Source: a virus (Duplodnaviria > Caudoviricetes). Taken from it: a stretch of DNA of 31,683 nt. How positions within the stretch are numbered: the stretch's first letter is position 1; every line of letters begins with the position of its first letter. Below the pieces are notes generated by a model, which searched no databases, was not told the DNA's origin, and saw only the letters and a program-made list of their open reading frames with translations. Location: positions 1 to 31,683 of the IMG/VR virus record IMGVR_UViG_3300025012_000225; one strand, 5' to 3'. Shown here one piece after another: positions 1 to 8,814 of this stretch. Both the position numbers and the translations under genes were made by a program.

Positions 1-1
1 T

Positions 2-244
2 AATATTCTTCAAGAGCAATTAACCGAAACTGATGCCATTGCAAATGTTTTAACTTTTTCTACAAATATTTCAACTATTGAATTATATAATACTGATGCT
101 GTAAATACTGGAATATTTAATGTTAATGGAATAGATATTACAGTCCCTCCAGAAAAATATTTTAAATCAACTATTGGTGGCACTCCTAATACAGAAGTAA
201 CTATATCTGGTGCGACTACTTATATAGTTTCAAGGTATGAATAA
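2..244 (+). CDS. 3' part of a hypothetical, possibly structural, protein (5'-truncated)
   Basis: Open frame from the window edge (NILQEQLTETDA...SRYE*), ending TAA just before the SD of the next gene. Confidence 0.75.
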   Translation, partial: NILQEQLTETDAIANVLTFSTNISTIELYNTDAVNTGIFNVNGIDITVPPEKYFKSTIGGTPNTEVTISGATTYIVSRYE

Positions 245-262
245 TAGAAACGAGGTGAATAA

Positions 263-1324
263 ATGGGTTACGGAGATAACGTAAATTTAATAAATGTTGG
301 TGTAAGCAAATCTGATTTTAATAATTTAGTTGAAGATTCTAAAGTTGAACCTGCCAATTATTTATATGTTGGGAAGAATGGAAATGACGATACAGGTGAT
401 GGAAGTGCAAATAAACCATTTTTAACAGTTAGTAAAGCGATTACAGAAGGTAGTGCTGGAACTACATTATTTATATTTCCGGGTACATATACAGAGAATA
501 TAACATTAAAAGCAGGTGTTAATATGGTTTCTCCTGCTAAATTTTCAGTATATATTAAAGGGAAGGTAACTGTAGATATTACTGGTACTGTATATACAGA
601 AAAAATTATATTTAAGAATGATTCTGACATTGTAATAGATTTTAAAGGTATTGATGCTCAAAATTTGCAAATGTTAATGTGTAATGTAGAAAGTTTAACC
701 GGAAATGATGCTAATGCCATTAATTATACAAATACTAATGCTAGTAGTAAAATATCTATTTCTGATGGAGTTATAACAGTTTATACGTCATCTGGTGGAG
801 CAAAGGCATTTTCTAGTATATCAACTGCATATGGTACTGTATTATTAGATAAAACAACTTGTCAATTATTAGATGATGTAGATAATATTTGTTTAGATAT
901 TGCAGGATATATCAATTTTGTACATACACAAGACCAAATTAAAGGTCAAATTGTAGTATCTGATTCTGCTAGTACAACTTTTGCTATTCTAACAATGACT
1001 ACTGGAACAGTACCAGTTTTTGTTACGAATTCTAGTGGAATTAGTACTATATCAGAAATTGTTGCTGTAACTACATCTACTCCCTGTTTTTCTGGGGTGG
1101 GAATCATGCTCTACATGGCAATTATTTACGCTGGAACAGGCGTGTCCGGAGCATCAACTTTATCTGGTAATTTAGGAGCAATTCCGTTAACGATGGCACC
1201 AATTAGATTAAGACAAGGTATATTAACTAATGGGATTAATGACGGAACATTTGAATATAATGGTACGGATCTTTTCTTTAGTAAAGGAACGACACGATAT
1301 AAGGTAACAATGAGTGCTGTTTAA
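263..1324 (+). CDS. DUF1565/pectin-lyase-like beta-helix protein, possible tail-associated or receptor-binding protein
   Basis: SD GAGGTG; N-terminal YVGKNGNDDTGDGSANKPFLTVSKAI...PGTYTENI motif typical of right-handed beta-helix proteins; T/S/G/I-rich. Confidence 0.65.
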   Translation: MGYGDNVNLINVGVSKSDFNNLVEDSKVEPANYLYVGKNGNDDTGDGSANKPFLTVSKAITEGSAGTTLFIFPGTYTENITLKAGVNMVSPAKFSVYIKGKVTVDITGTVYTEKIIFKNDSDIVIDFKGIDAQNLQMLMCNVESLTGNDANAINYTNTNASSKISISDGVITVYTSSGGAKAFSSISTAYGTVLLDKTTCQLLDDVDNICLDIAGYINFVHTQDQIKGQIVVSDSASTTFAILTMTTGTVPVFVTNSSGISTISEIVAVTTSTPCFSGVGIMLYMAIIYAGTGVSGASTLSGNLGAIPLTMAPIRLRQGILTNGINDGTFEYNGTDLFFSKGTTRYKVTMSAV

Positions 1325-1352
1325 TTATATTAAATAATAAGATAATTTATGT

Positions 1353-1388
1353 AAATATAAACCCTTATAAAATCAAGGGTTTATATTT
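1353..1388. repeat. Perfect 14-bp inverted repeat containing the AAACCCTT-N8-AAGGGTTT palindrome
   Basis: AAATATAAACCCTT ataaaatc AAGGGTTTATATTT; related copies at 6713, 25569 and 28915. Confidence 0.85.
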
Positions 1389-1405
1389 TTGTAATTTTAA
1401 ATTAG

Positions 1406-1443
1406 AAATAACCATCTTATTTTAGGATGGTTATTTTTGTTTT
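1406..1443 (+). terminator. Intrinsic terminator
   Basis: AAATAACCATCTTA-ttt-TAGGATGGTTATTT hairpin (one G-U pair) followed by a T-rich tail. Confidence 0.7.
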
Positions 1444-1470
1444 AAAAAATAAATTTAAGGAGTGTTTGTT

Positions 1471-1986
1471 ATATCAAATTATATTTGGGCATTTGATCTA
1501 TCTATGGATGATAGTGGGATTGTGGTATTTTCTCAACAAGGCAATCCAGTACATATAACTTCAATTAAGACTAATAATAAACAATCTCATGGTAAAAGAC
1601 TTAAATATATAGCAGATAAAGTTTTAGAATTGAAAGAAAAATATCCCACTGAAATAATTGTGATTGAAAGAGGGTTTTCAAGATTTAATACTGCCACACA
1701 AGTTATATATAAAGTACATGGTTTAATATCATTTTTGTTTCATGACTGTGAGCAAATATATTATCCACCTAAGAAAGTTAAAAGTTTTATATTAAATGGT
1801 AATGCAACAAAGAAACAAATAAGAGAAGAAATTAAAAGAAGATATCCTAATATAGAATTTAGCAAAACTGAAAAGAAAAATAAAAAGACTAAGGAAATAG
1901 TTATTGAGGAAAATGAGAACGAATCAGACGCATTTTCTGTGGGATTGACTTATTTTATAGATAAGAAAATAATTAGTTTTAAATAG
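1471..1986 (+). CDS. ruvC: RuvC-like Holliday junction resolvase (probable ATA start; ORF track GTG at 1462)
   Basis: AFDLS...SG, IVIERGF, P..VK...G.A.K, NESDA motifs; the GTG at 1462 lies inside the SD AAGGAGTG, so ATA 1471 is better placed. Confidence 0.8.
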   Translation: MSNYIWAFDLSMDDSGIVVFSQQGNPVHITSIKTNNKQSHGKRLKYIADKVLELKEKYPTEIIVIERGFSRFNTATQVIYKVHGLISFLFHDCEQIYYPPKKVKSFILNGNATKKQIREEIKRRYPNIEFSKTEKKNKKTKEIVIEENENESDAFSVGLTYFIDKKIISFK

Positions 1987-2131
1987 ATTACTAATATAAT
2001 TATTGTAATAATAAAATACAATTCCCCATATCATTCCCTCTTTATTTTATCACTTATCAATGGTATAATATTTTTGTATAAAACATATAATACTATATAA
2101 TACCATATACTAATGAGGTGATAAAGATAAA

Positions 2132-3577
2132 ATGAATATTAAAATGAGAGTAGAAGACCCTAAACTTAAATTTGCAGACACTTACAAAAATGATAAAAAC
2201 AAAACAGCAGATAAGAAGAAACAATTACTTAAAAAATTCATAGATGTAACCAAAGTTGAAGATGTAAAATCTTCTGAAGAATTAAAGGATATTGTTAGCA
2301 ATAACAATGATAAAAGTAATAACAAAGATAATGTTAATAATAATAAAGAATATTTAAAAAAATTACGTCAAAAAGATAAACAGATTGAGAATTTACAAAA
2401 TGATATAGCATTAAAAAATAAACAATTAAAAGATAATAAATCTACTATCTCCCTTTTGAAGAAAGAAATCTATGATTTAAAACAGAAGAATATTCTTGAT
2501 GAAAGTGCTGAAATATTATTATTGAGAAATAAAGTTATTGAACAGGAAAATATTTTAGTTAAAATTCAGGAAGATGTATTAAATAGATTACCTTATAAAG
2601 ATAGTTATGATAATTTAGTAGAAGATAATAAGAGTTATAGAAGTACATTTCATATTATGAAACTTGAACATCAAGAATTACGTATTAAATATGAAAAACT
2701 TAAAACTGCATTAACACATATTAATACATCTACTGTAGCAGAAGATTTAAAGAAACATAAAGAAATTATTATGAATATGAGTATTGAATTACAACATTTT
2801 AAATACCTTTTTGAGAATTATAAAGAATCTTTAACAATTTTAGATTTAATAGAAGAATTAATTGTAAGATTTAATGATACAAATTATATGGAATATGAAA
2901 AAATTTATAATTTATATAAGTTATATTTTAATAAAATGAATTTTGGATTAGGATATAATTGTAAAACTGAAGAACAGAAAATAGAAGAAAATGTTAACAT
3001 AGAATTTGGTTGGTTGAGAATCATTGATAATAAATGGTTTTTTGTTGGAACAAATTATAAAACTTATCCTATTATTAATACTGTTCCATATATGGACAAT
3101 GGAATACCTGCAAAAGCAATTGTAGAATTTGGATTAGCAAAATTAGTTAAAGCGTTTAAGAATTATAGTTTTGATTACGATATGTATGAAGAAAATTCAT
3201 TATTTCTTAATAAGTATAAACGTAAAAACAACAACGCTGATGAATATGTTAATTTTGGTAATTTCACAGTTTTAATTGTTGGTTCACAGTATAAAAACCA
3301 ATATATGGACAGATTAAGAAAACATGGATTAAATGTATTATGGTTTGATTCATTTGATGTAGATGATGTAAATAAATTAGAAGTTATGATTAAACATTCA
3401 GATATAGTTATTATTTGTAGAAGACATACTAGACATTATGTTAATAAGTTGGCTAATAAGTCTTTTAAAGACGATGATAAATTTCAATTCATAGAGAAAA
3501 ATAACGAAGATAGCATTGTTGGTAGAGTGAGATTTGCTGGAATTAAATTAGGATTGATTAAAATGGATAGTAATTGA
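2132..3577 (+). CDS. Coiled-coil protein with C-terminal DUF2325-like domain
   Basis: SD GAGGTG; K/E/L-rich heptad N-terminal half; C-terminal VLIVG...RLRKHG...SDIVII....RH pattern. Confidence 0.6.
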   Translation: MNIKMRVEDPKLKFADTYKNDKNKTADKKKQLLKKFIDVTKVEDVKSSEELKDIVSNNNDKSNNKDNVNNNKEYLKKLRQKDKQIENLQNDIALKNKQLKDNKSTISLLKKEIYDLKQKNILDESAEILLLRNKVIEQENILVKIQEDVLNRLPYKDSYDNLVEDNKSYRSTFHIMKLEHQELRIKYEKLKTALTHINTSTVAEDLKKHKEIIMNMSIELQHFKYLFENYKESLTILDLIEELIVRFNDTNYMEYEKIYNLYKLYFNKMNFGLGYNCKTEEQKIEENVNIEFGWLRIIDNKWFFVGTNYKTYPIINTVPYMDNGIPAKAIVEFGLAKLVKAFKNYSFDYDMYEENSLFLNKYKRKNNNADEYVNFGNFTVLIVGSQYKNQYMDRLRKHGLNVLWFDSFDVDDVNKLEVMIKHSDIVIICRRHTRHYVNKLANKSFKDDDKFQFIEKNNEDSIVGRVRFAGIKLGLIKMDSN

Positions 3578-3696
3578 TAATGTATTAATTTAATATTAAT
3601 AATATTTAAGAATATAGATAATTTCTATATTCTTTTTTATTGTTCTTGAATATTTTTTCAAACATAAATAATAAAATAAAACGGAGGTATCCTATC

Positions 3697-4266
3697 ATGG
3701 CGAAAGTAAACAAATTAAATTCATCGGTAATTTTAGAAGCATACTCAAAGGAATTCTCACAGAAAAAAGTAACTATTATCATTGGAAACAAAAATTATGA
3801 AGTGTTGGTAGATCAAAAATTTAGAAATACAAAAATAAGTGAAATGTTCCTAGAAAGTTTAAATAATCATGATAATTATAAAAATTTGAGTGAATCTATT
3901 AAAACATCATATTTTATGTTTTTATTAATTAAATATTTTACCGATCTGGAAATTGCTAAAACGGATGATTTCGAATATCAAATTCGTCTGTTGAATGCAT
4001 TGTTGGATTTAGGTATATATGAAATTTTGATTAATTCTTTTCCAGAAAGTGAGATTGAAAAAGTAAATAATTATGTTATTAAATTCTCAAAAAATATGAA
4101 TGAATTCATGAAGGATGATAAGAATATTGAAAATTTGAAGAGTATTATTGATGGGTTTGGGATTGGTGAGGATGTTGTAGAAGATATGAGTGAAGAAATT
4201 GATAAATCTGATATAGTAAATGAATTGATTGCTGATGATAAGAATGGAATTGAGATTACAGAATAG
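3697..4266 (+). CDS. Hypothetical phage protein with acidic C-terminus
   Basis: SD GGAGGT 8 nt before ATG 3697; the ORF track start at 3640 has no SD. Confidence 0.75.
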   Translation: MAKVNKLNSSVILEAYSKEFSQKKVTIIIGNKNYEVLVDQKFRNTKISEMFLESLNNHDNYKNLSESIKTSYFMFLLIKYFTDLEIAKTDDFEYQIRLLNALLDLGIYEILINSFPESEIEKVNNYVIKFSKNMNEFMKDDKNIENLKSIIDGFGIGEDVVEDMSEEIDKSDIVNELIADDKNGIEITE

Positions 4267-4277
4267 TAGAAATATTT

Positions 4278-4318
4278 AATAAGAGTGAGAAATTAAATAT
4301 AAAAATCTCACTCTTATT
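4278..4318 (+). terminator. Stem-loop, probable terminator
   Basis: AATAAGAGTGAGA...TCTCACTCTTATT, 13-bp arms, right after the stop codon. Confidence 0.7.
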
Positions 4319-4341
4319 TACAAAATACTAAAATAATTATA

Positions 4342-4370
4342 TTGACAAACATATATCCTAAGTGTATAAT
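4342..4370 (+). promoter_or_regulatory. SigA-type promoter
   Basis: TTGACA-17-TATAAT exact consensus upstream of the methyltransferase. Confidence 0.85.
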
Positions 4371-4419
4371 ATAAACAACAAATCAAAAATATTATTATAC
4401 AATTAAGGAGAGTGATTAT

Positions 4420-5196
4420 TTGATTGAACTGAACAAAGTATATCACATGGATAATTTAAAATTACTTAATCAATTAGATAATGAATGTATTGACTTAATT
4501 TACTGTGATATTCTTTATGGCACTGGGAGAAATTTTGGAGAATATAAAGATATTAAATCAGATAAAAAAGTTATTAATGATTTTTATATCCCAAGAATAA
4601 AAGAAATGAATAGAGTATTAAAAGATACAGGCAATATAATATTACATATGGACGATAGAATTAATCATTGGATTAGGAATATTTGTGATGATATATTTGG
4701 ATATAAAAATTTCAAAAATGAAATAGTATGGGGATATTTAAGTGGAGGTTCAACTAGAAAATATTTACCCAAAAAACATGAATATTTAATATGGTATACT
4801 AAATCTGATAATTATACTTTTAATCCAATATTTAAAGAATATAGCGATAAAGTAAAAGTTAGAAATGGTTGTGGATTTGATAAACAAGCAAAAGGATACG
4901 GATGCAAAGAAGAAGGTACACCTATAGTAGATTGGTGGATTGATATAGAAAAAGTATTAAATTATAAAATGTCAGAATATACAGGTTATCCAACTCAAAA
5001 AAGTAAACAATTATTAGAAAGAGTAATTAAATTGTTTAGCAATGAAAATGATATTATATTAGATTGCTTTATGGGTAGTGGAACTACAGGTGAAGTTGCT
5101 ATTCAATTAGGTAGAAGATTTATTGGTTGTGATATTGGAGATAAAGCATGTGAAATTACTAAAAGTAGAATTGAAAAAGTTATAGAAAATGTTTGA
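4420..5196 (+). CDS. N6A/N4C DNA methyltransferase (beta class), orphan
   Basis: Motif IV-like CDILYGTG, YPTQKS, motif I DCFMGSGTTG; SD AAGGAG before TTG. Confidence 0.85.
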   Translation: MIELNKVYHMDNLKLLNQLDNECIDLIYCDILYGTGRNFGEYKDIKSDKKVINDFYIPRIKEMNRVLKDTGNIILHMDDRINHWIRNICDDIFGYKNFKNEIVWGYLSGGSTRKYLPKKHEYLIWYTKSDNYTFNPIFKEYSDKVKVRNGCGFDKQAKGYGCKEEGTPIVDWWIDIEKVLNYKMSEYTGYPTQKSKQLLERVIKLFSNENDIILDCFMGSGTTGEVAIQLGRRFIGCDIGDKACEITKSRIEKVIENV

Positions 5197-5233
5197 TAGA
5201 ATGATAAAATAAATACATATAGAATAATATTTT

Positions 5234-5277
5234 ACTATATATAGTGGTAATTCATTTTAATAACTACAATATGTAGT
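5234..5277. promoter_or_regulatory. Tandem NrdR-like boxes
   Basis: ACTATATATAGT (5234) and ACAATATGTAGT (5266), 32 bp apart; matches the NrdR box consensus and tandem spacing. Confidence 0.6.
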
Positions 5278-5286
5278 AAAATATCA

Positions 5287-5308
5287 GCATGAAATCGCAG
5301 ATTTGTTA
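5287..5308. repeat. Putative recombination core site (AAA-N6-TTTTGTCA family)
   Basis: GCATGAAA tcgcag ATTTGTTA. Confidence 0.5.
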
Positions 5309-5338
5309 TGATTTTTAAAAAAGAAGGGAGATAAAAGT

Positions 5339-6611
5339 TTGGAATTAATTTATAAAACAGACAATGGTAAACTTGTTCAAGGTGATAATATTGAAGTAAT
5401 GGAGAAAATTAAAGATAATACATATGATAGTTGTATTTCTGATTTTCCTTATGATTTAAAATTTATGGGTAAGAAATGGGATAATACAGGAGATTTTTAT
5501 AAATGGTGTAATAAAAGAGCAATTGGTTTATATAGAATAATTAAACCAGGAGGTTATGTTTGTATATTTGGACATCCTTAGGATGAAATGTGCCTTTGAA
5601 GATGTTGGATTTCAAATAGTAGAAGAAATTGAATATTTATATGGTACAGGATTTCCTAAAAACCAAGATATAGGAAAATTGTTTGATAAGAAAGCAGGTA
5701 AAGATAAAGAAAGAAAAATTGTTGGGAAAAATGATAGCAAGGGTATTAGAAGTGGTGATAATAATTTTGTTGGAGATAATTATAAATGTGATGGGTATAA
5801 TATTACTGAACCTTCAACAGAACAAGCAAAGCAATGGAATGGATGGAAGACATCAGGTTTAAAGCCAGCACATGAATCTATTACAATTTTTCAAAAACCA
5901 TTAGAAGGTACATATATTAATAATATAAGTATACATAATTGTGGTGCAATGAATATTGATGCTTGTAGAATACCTACTTCACAAGATGATAAAGATATTA
6001 TCAATGCAAAAGCATCTAAAAATCCAACAACTAATTATTCAGATAATGAAAATAAAATATATGGTGCGTATGCAGAAGATAAGTCAATGCCAGCAAATGA
6101 GATAGGAAGATTCCCTGCTAATATTATTCTTGATTCTTCTATGGGAGAAATATTAGATAGTCAAAGTGGAGAAATTAAAAAAGGTCAACCAGCAGGTACA
6201 GATTGGAAAAGTGGGAATATTAATCATGAACGCAATGGTGGTAGAAAAGCACAAGAAAAAGATATACCTGCAAGTGAAGGTGGAGCAAGTAGGTATTTCT
6301 TAAAGATTAATACAGATGACTTTGTACCATTTTATTATTGTGGAAAAGCAACCAAGAAAGAAAAAGGCGAAGGTAATACTCATGTCACAGTTAAACCTAA
6401 ACAATTAATTAAATGGTTGATAAAATTAGTTACTCCTATTGATGGTAAAACAATTGATGTAACCGCTGGAAGTGGAACACACGGATTAAGTTGTGAGGAA
6501 TTAAACAAAGATGAAGGATATAATTTAAAATGGATTAATATTGAGTTATTAAATACAGACAAAGAACCTTATTGTGAAATTGCAAAAAATAGGATTAAAA
6601 GTGTAATATAA
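5339..6611 (+). pseudogene. N6A/N4C DNA methyltransferase split by a frameshift near 5579
   Basis: N-terminal part (SDFPY, KPGG) stops at FGHP*; the rest continues in another frame as RMKCAFEDVGF...GFPK...LKPAHE...GRFPAN...HVTVKP...DVTAGSGTHG. Confidence 0.85.
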
Positions 6612-6629
6612 AATACAAATATAATATTT

Positions 6630-6651
6630 GAATAAAACTACTGTTTTGTCA
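6630..6651. repeat. Putative recombination core site
   Basis: GAATAAAA ctactg TTTTGTCA, starting 19 nt after the MTase stop. Confidence 0.55.
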
Positions 6652-6787
6652 CAATATAGGTAAAATTACGCAAAATCGTAATATATTTGATTTTACCTAT
6701 ATTAATGTCAATAAACCCTTGATATATAAGGATTAGAGAGCATTTATATGTGTAAAATAAAAGTATAATATAAATATTGTGACGAAA
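6644..6787. mobile_element. 144-bp non-coding element with terminal inverted repeats (MITE-like or empty cassette)
   Basis: TTTTGTCACAATAT...ATATTGTGACGAAA (13/14 inverted); internal 14-bp hairpin arms 6653-6666/6690-6703; AAACCCTT motif at 6713. Confidence 0.5.
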
Positions 6788-6801
6788 GAAAGATTTTGTC
6801 A
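6780..6801. repeat. Putative recombination core site
   Basis: TGACGAAA gaaaga TTTTGTCA, the most symmetric copy (7/8 arms). Confidence 0.6.
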
Positions 6802-6858
6802 TGAAATAGGTATGATTTATACAATATCGTATTTTAATATATTAATATTGATAATAAT

Positions 6859-7218
6859 ATGAAAGGTAAAATAATAATGATAAGTTATTCATTATGGCAA
6901 TATCATAAAAAAGAAGATGGAACAGTAGTTCAAACACCAGTAGCAATAAATTTTGGAGATAAAAAATCATGTCCTAAGTGTAATAAGTATTTTTTAATTG
7001 AAGAAGGAAATATAATGCGTTGTGCTGGATGTTATTATTTAACTTGTTATATATCTAATAACGACAATAAAAATAAAAAAATAGATAAAATTAAAAATTG
7101 TTTTTATATTCCTATTAATTTAGTAGAAGAAGGTAATAATTGGTTTGAAGTAAAATATGAATTACATAGTGCAAAAGAAATTTATATTTTAAAAGATAAA
7201 ATAAAAAGTATGTTATAA
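6859..7218 (+). CDS. Hypothetical zinc-ribbon protein
   Basis: CPKC...CAGC; the true start may be a downstream ATG. Confidence 0.65.
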   Translation: MKGKIIMISYSLWQYHKKEDGTVVQTPVAINFGDKKSCPKCNKYFLIEEGNIMRCAGCYYLTCYISNNDNKNKKIDKIKNCFYIPINLVEEGNNWFEVKYELHSAKEIYILKDKIKSML

Positions 7219-7275
7219 GTATTTACTAAAGAAAAATTTAATTATTAAATTTAAATAAGAAGGATGTGAATATAC

Positions 7276-7815
7276 ATACATAGTCAATTTTTATTCACTA
7301 AAGATAAATATAATAAGGTATATGATTATTTATCTAATAATATATTATACAAACCAAACATACAACAATTATTCTTACAATGTGAAAAATACGGTGATGT
7401 ATATTTAATTGGAGGAGCAATAAAAGATATTGCTTTCTTTAATAGAAAACCAAAAGATTATGATATTATTATTAAATCATCAAATAAAATTGAATTAAAT
7501 TTACCAGATTGTTTTAAAATAAATCTAAATAGTTTTGGAGGATATAAAATATTTTATAAAGAGATTATATTTGATGTATGGAATTGTAAAGATGAACAAG
7601 ATATTTTTAATACAAGTATTAAATTTAATATTGATGGACTATATATAAATTTAACTAAGAATTATTATAAAGATAAATTATTTAATCAAGCAATTATTGA
7701 AGGTACTGTTATATTTATTAATAATAAAAATATGCATCCAGTAGAAGGTATGGATTATAAAAGAGGATTAAAATTGGCAAATGATTTTGGATTGAAATAT
7801 AAATATAAAGAGTAA
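7276..7815 (+). CDS. Poly(A) polymerase/CCA-adding-enzyme head-like nucleotidyltransferase (179 aa, ATA start)
   Basis: Open frame 7270-7815 with VYLIGGAIKD...KPKDYDII, NSFGGYK, FDVW, FNIDG; SD AAGGATGTG upstream; absent from the ORF track. Confidence 0.8.
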   Translation: MHSQFLFTKDKYNKVYDYLSNNILYKPNIQQLFLQCEKYGDVYLIGGAIKDIAFFNRKPKDYDIIIKSSNKIELNLPDCFKINLNSFGGYKIFYKEIIFDVWNCKDEQDIFNTSIKFNIDGLYINLTKNYYKDKLFNQAIIEGTVIFINNKNMHPVEGMDYKRGLKLANDFGLKYKYKE

Positions 7816-7853
7816 ATATAAAGAATAAATATAAATAAAGGAGAGAATTTAAT

Positions 7854-8021
7854 ATGGTAATGAAACCAGAAGAATTTGATAGTTTATATTTATCATTTTT
7901 AAATGGCAATGAATTATCCAGAGAAGAAATTAAAAACTTATTTGATACTTTCGGAGAATTAATAAATGAGTATAAACGATTATTAGAAGAATGTAAAAAA
8001 TTATCAGCAAATAATTTATAA
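7854..8021 (+). CDS. Small hypothetical protein (55 aa)
   Basis: SD AAGGAG; MVMKPEEFDSLYL...SANNL*. Confidence 0.7.
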   Translation: MVMKPEEFDSLYLSFLNGNELSREEIKNLFDTFGELINEYKRLLEECKKLSANNL

Positions 8022-8029
8022 TAATATAA

Positions 8030-8072
8030 ACTATATGTAGTATTAAGAAAATAAACATACATTACATATAGT
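8030..8072. promoter_or_regulatory. Tandem NrdR-like boxes
   Basis: ACTATATGTAGT (8030) and ATTACATATAGT (8061), 31 bp apart. Confidence 0.55.
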
Positions 8073-8082
8073 AATAAAATTA

Positions 8083-8104
8083 AGAACAATTTCCTCTTTG
8101 GTTT
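8083..8104. repeat. Degenerate putative core site
   Basis: AGAACAAT ttcctc TTTGGTTT; same 58-bp offset from the first NrdR-like box as the 5287 site. Confidence 0.35.
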
Positions 8105-8125
8105 TAATATTTTAGGAAAGGAGAA

Positions 8126-8362
8126 TTGTATATGAAAGATATACGTTGCATATTAGGAATTCATGATTGGAAATATGAAGCAACGGCAATTCGTAGTTGT
8201 GGTTCTGAATTAGAAAAACATTATCGCTGTTTAAGATGTGGAGAAAGATTATATATGGGTTGCGATACGAGTCCTGAAGGATGTAAATATTTTAAATTTC
8301 CTAAGTGTATTTATGTTACTGAAGAAAATCCTGAATGTTATAGAATGAGAAAGAAAAAGTAA
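8126..8362 (+). CDS. Small Cys/His-rich phage protein
   Basis: SD AAGGAG; RCILGIHDW...RCLRCG. Confidence 0.7.
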   Translation: MYMKDIRCILGIHDWKYEATAIRSCGSELEKHYRCLRCGERLYMGCDTSPEGCKYFKFPKCIYVTEENPECYRMRKKK

Positions 8363-8395
8363 AATAAAAATAATTATTTTAAAAAGGAGTAAAAT

Positions 8396-8614
8396 ATGTC
8401 TTGTGAAATTTGTAAAAAGTTAGAATTTATCAATAAAGAATATCCAGATGATTTAACAATGGAATATATAAAACATATTAATAATACTATAGATGAAGAA
8501 AAGATTAAACAAGGATATATTAATTATTTGATTAAGTGTGGATTTACACCTGAAGAATATATGAAAGAATATTATAAGAATGAAAAAATAATAGTTGACA
8601 GAATGGTAAAATAA
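8396..8614 (+). CDS. Hypothetical protein
   Basis: SD AAGGAG, ATG start. Confidence 0.7.
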   Translation: MSCEICKKLEFINKEYPDDLTMEYIKHINNTIDEEKIKQGYINYLIKCGFTPEEYMKEYYKNEKIIVDRMVK

Positions 8615-8624
8615 ATGTTATAAT
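8595..8624 (+). promoter_or_regulatory. SigA-type promoter of the ligase-macro-PARP operon
   Basis: TTGACA-18-TATAAT with extended TG; near-identical to the promoter at 11881. Confidence 0.8.
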
Positions 8625-8814
8625 ACGTTAGGGTTAAGAATTAGAAAATTATTAAAAGGAGGTTAAACATATAAAAGAATGTTGTGCAAATTGTCATTGG
8701 TTTTTAGATGAAGTATTAGAAGAATGTGATGGTTTGGATGATATATACAATGATAAATGTCATGAATATTCAGAAGGTAGATATATAAAGGAAGAATTGA
8801 AGGAGGTTACATAT

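Noticed and set aside
4420-6611. Restriction-modification system
   Set aside because: No recognisable endonuclease next to the methyltransferases.
8367-8380. AAAA-N6-TTTT as an additional core site
   Set aside because: Pure A/T match without the GTCA arm or an accessory motif; expected by chance at this composition.
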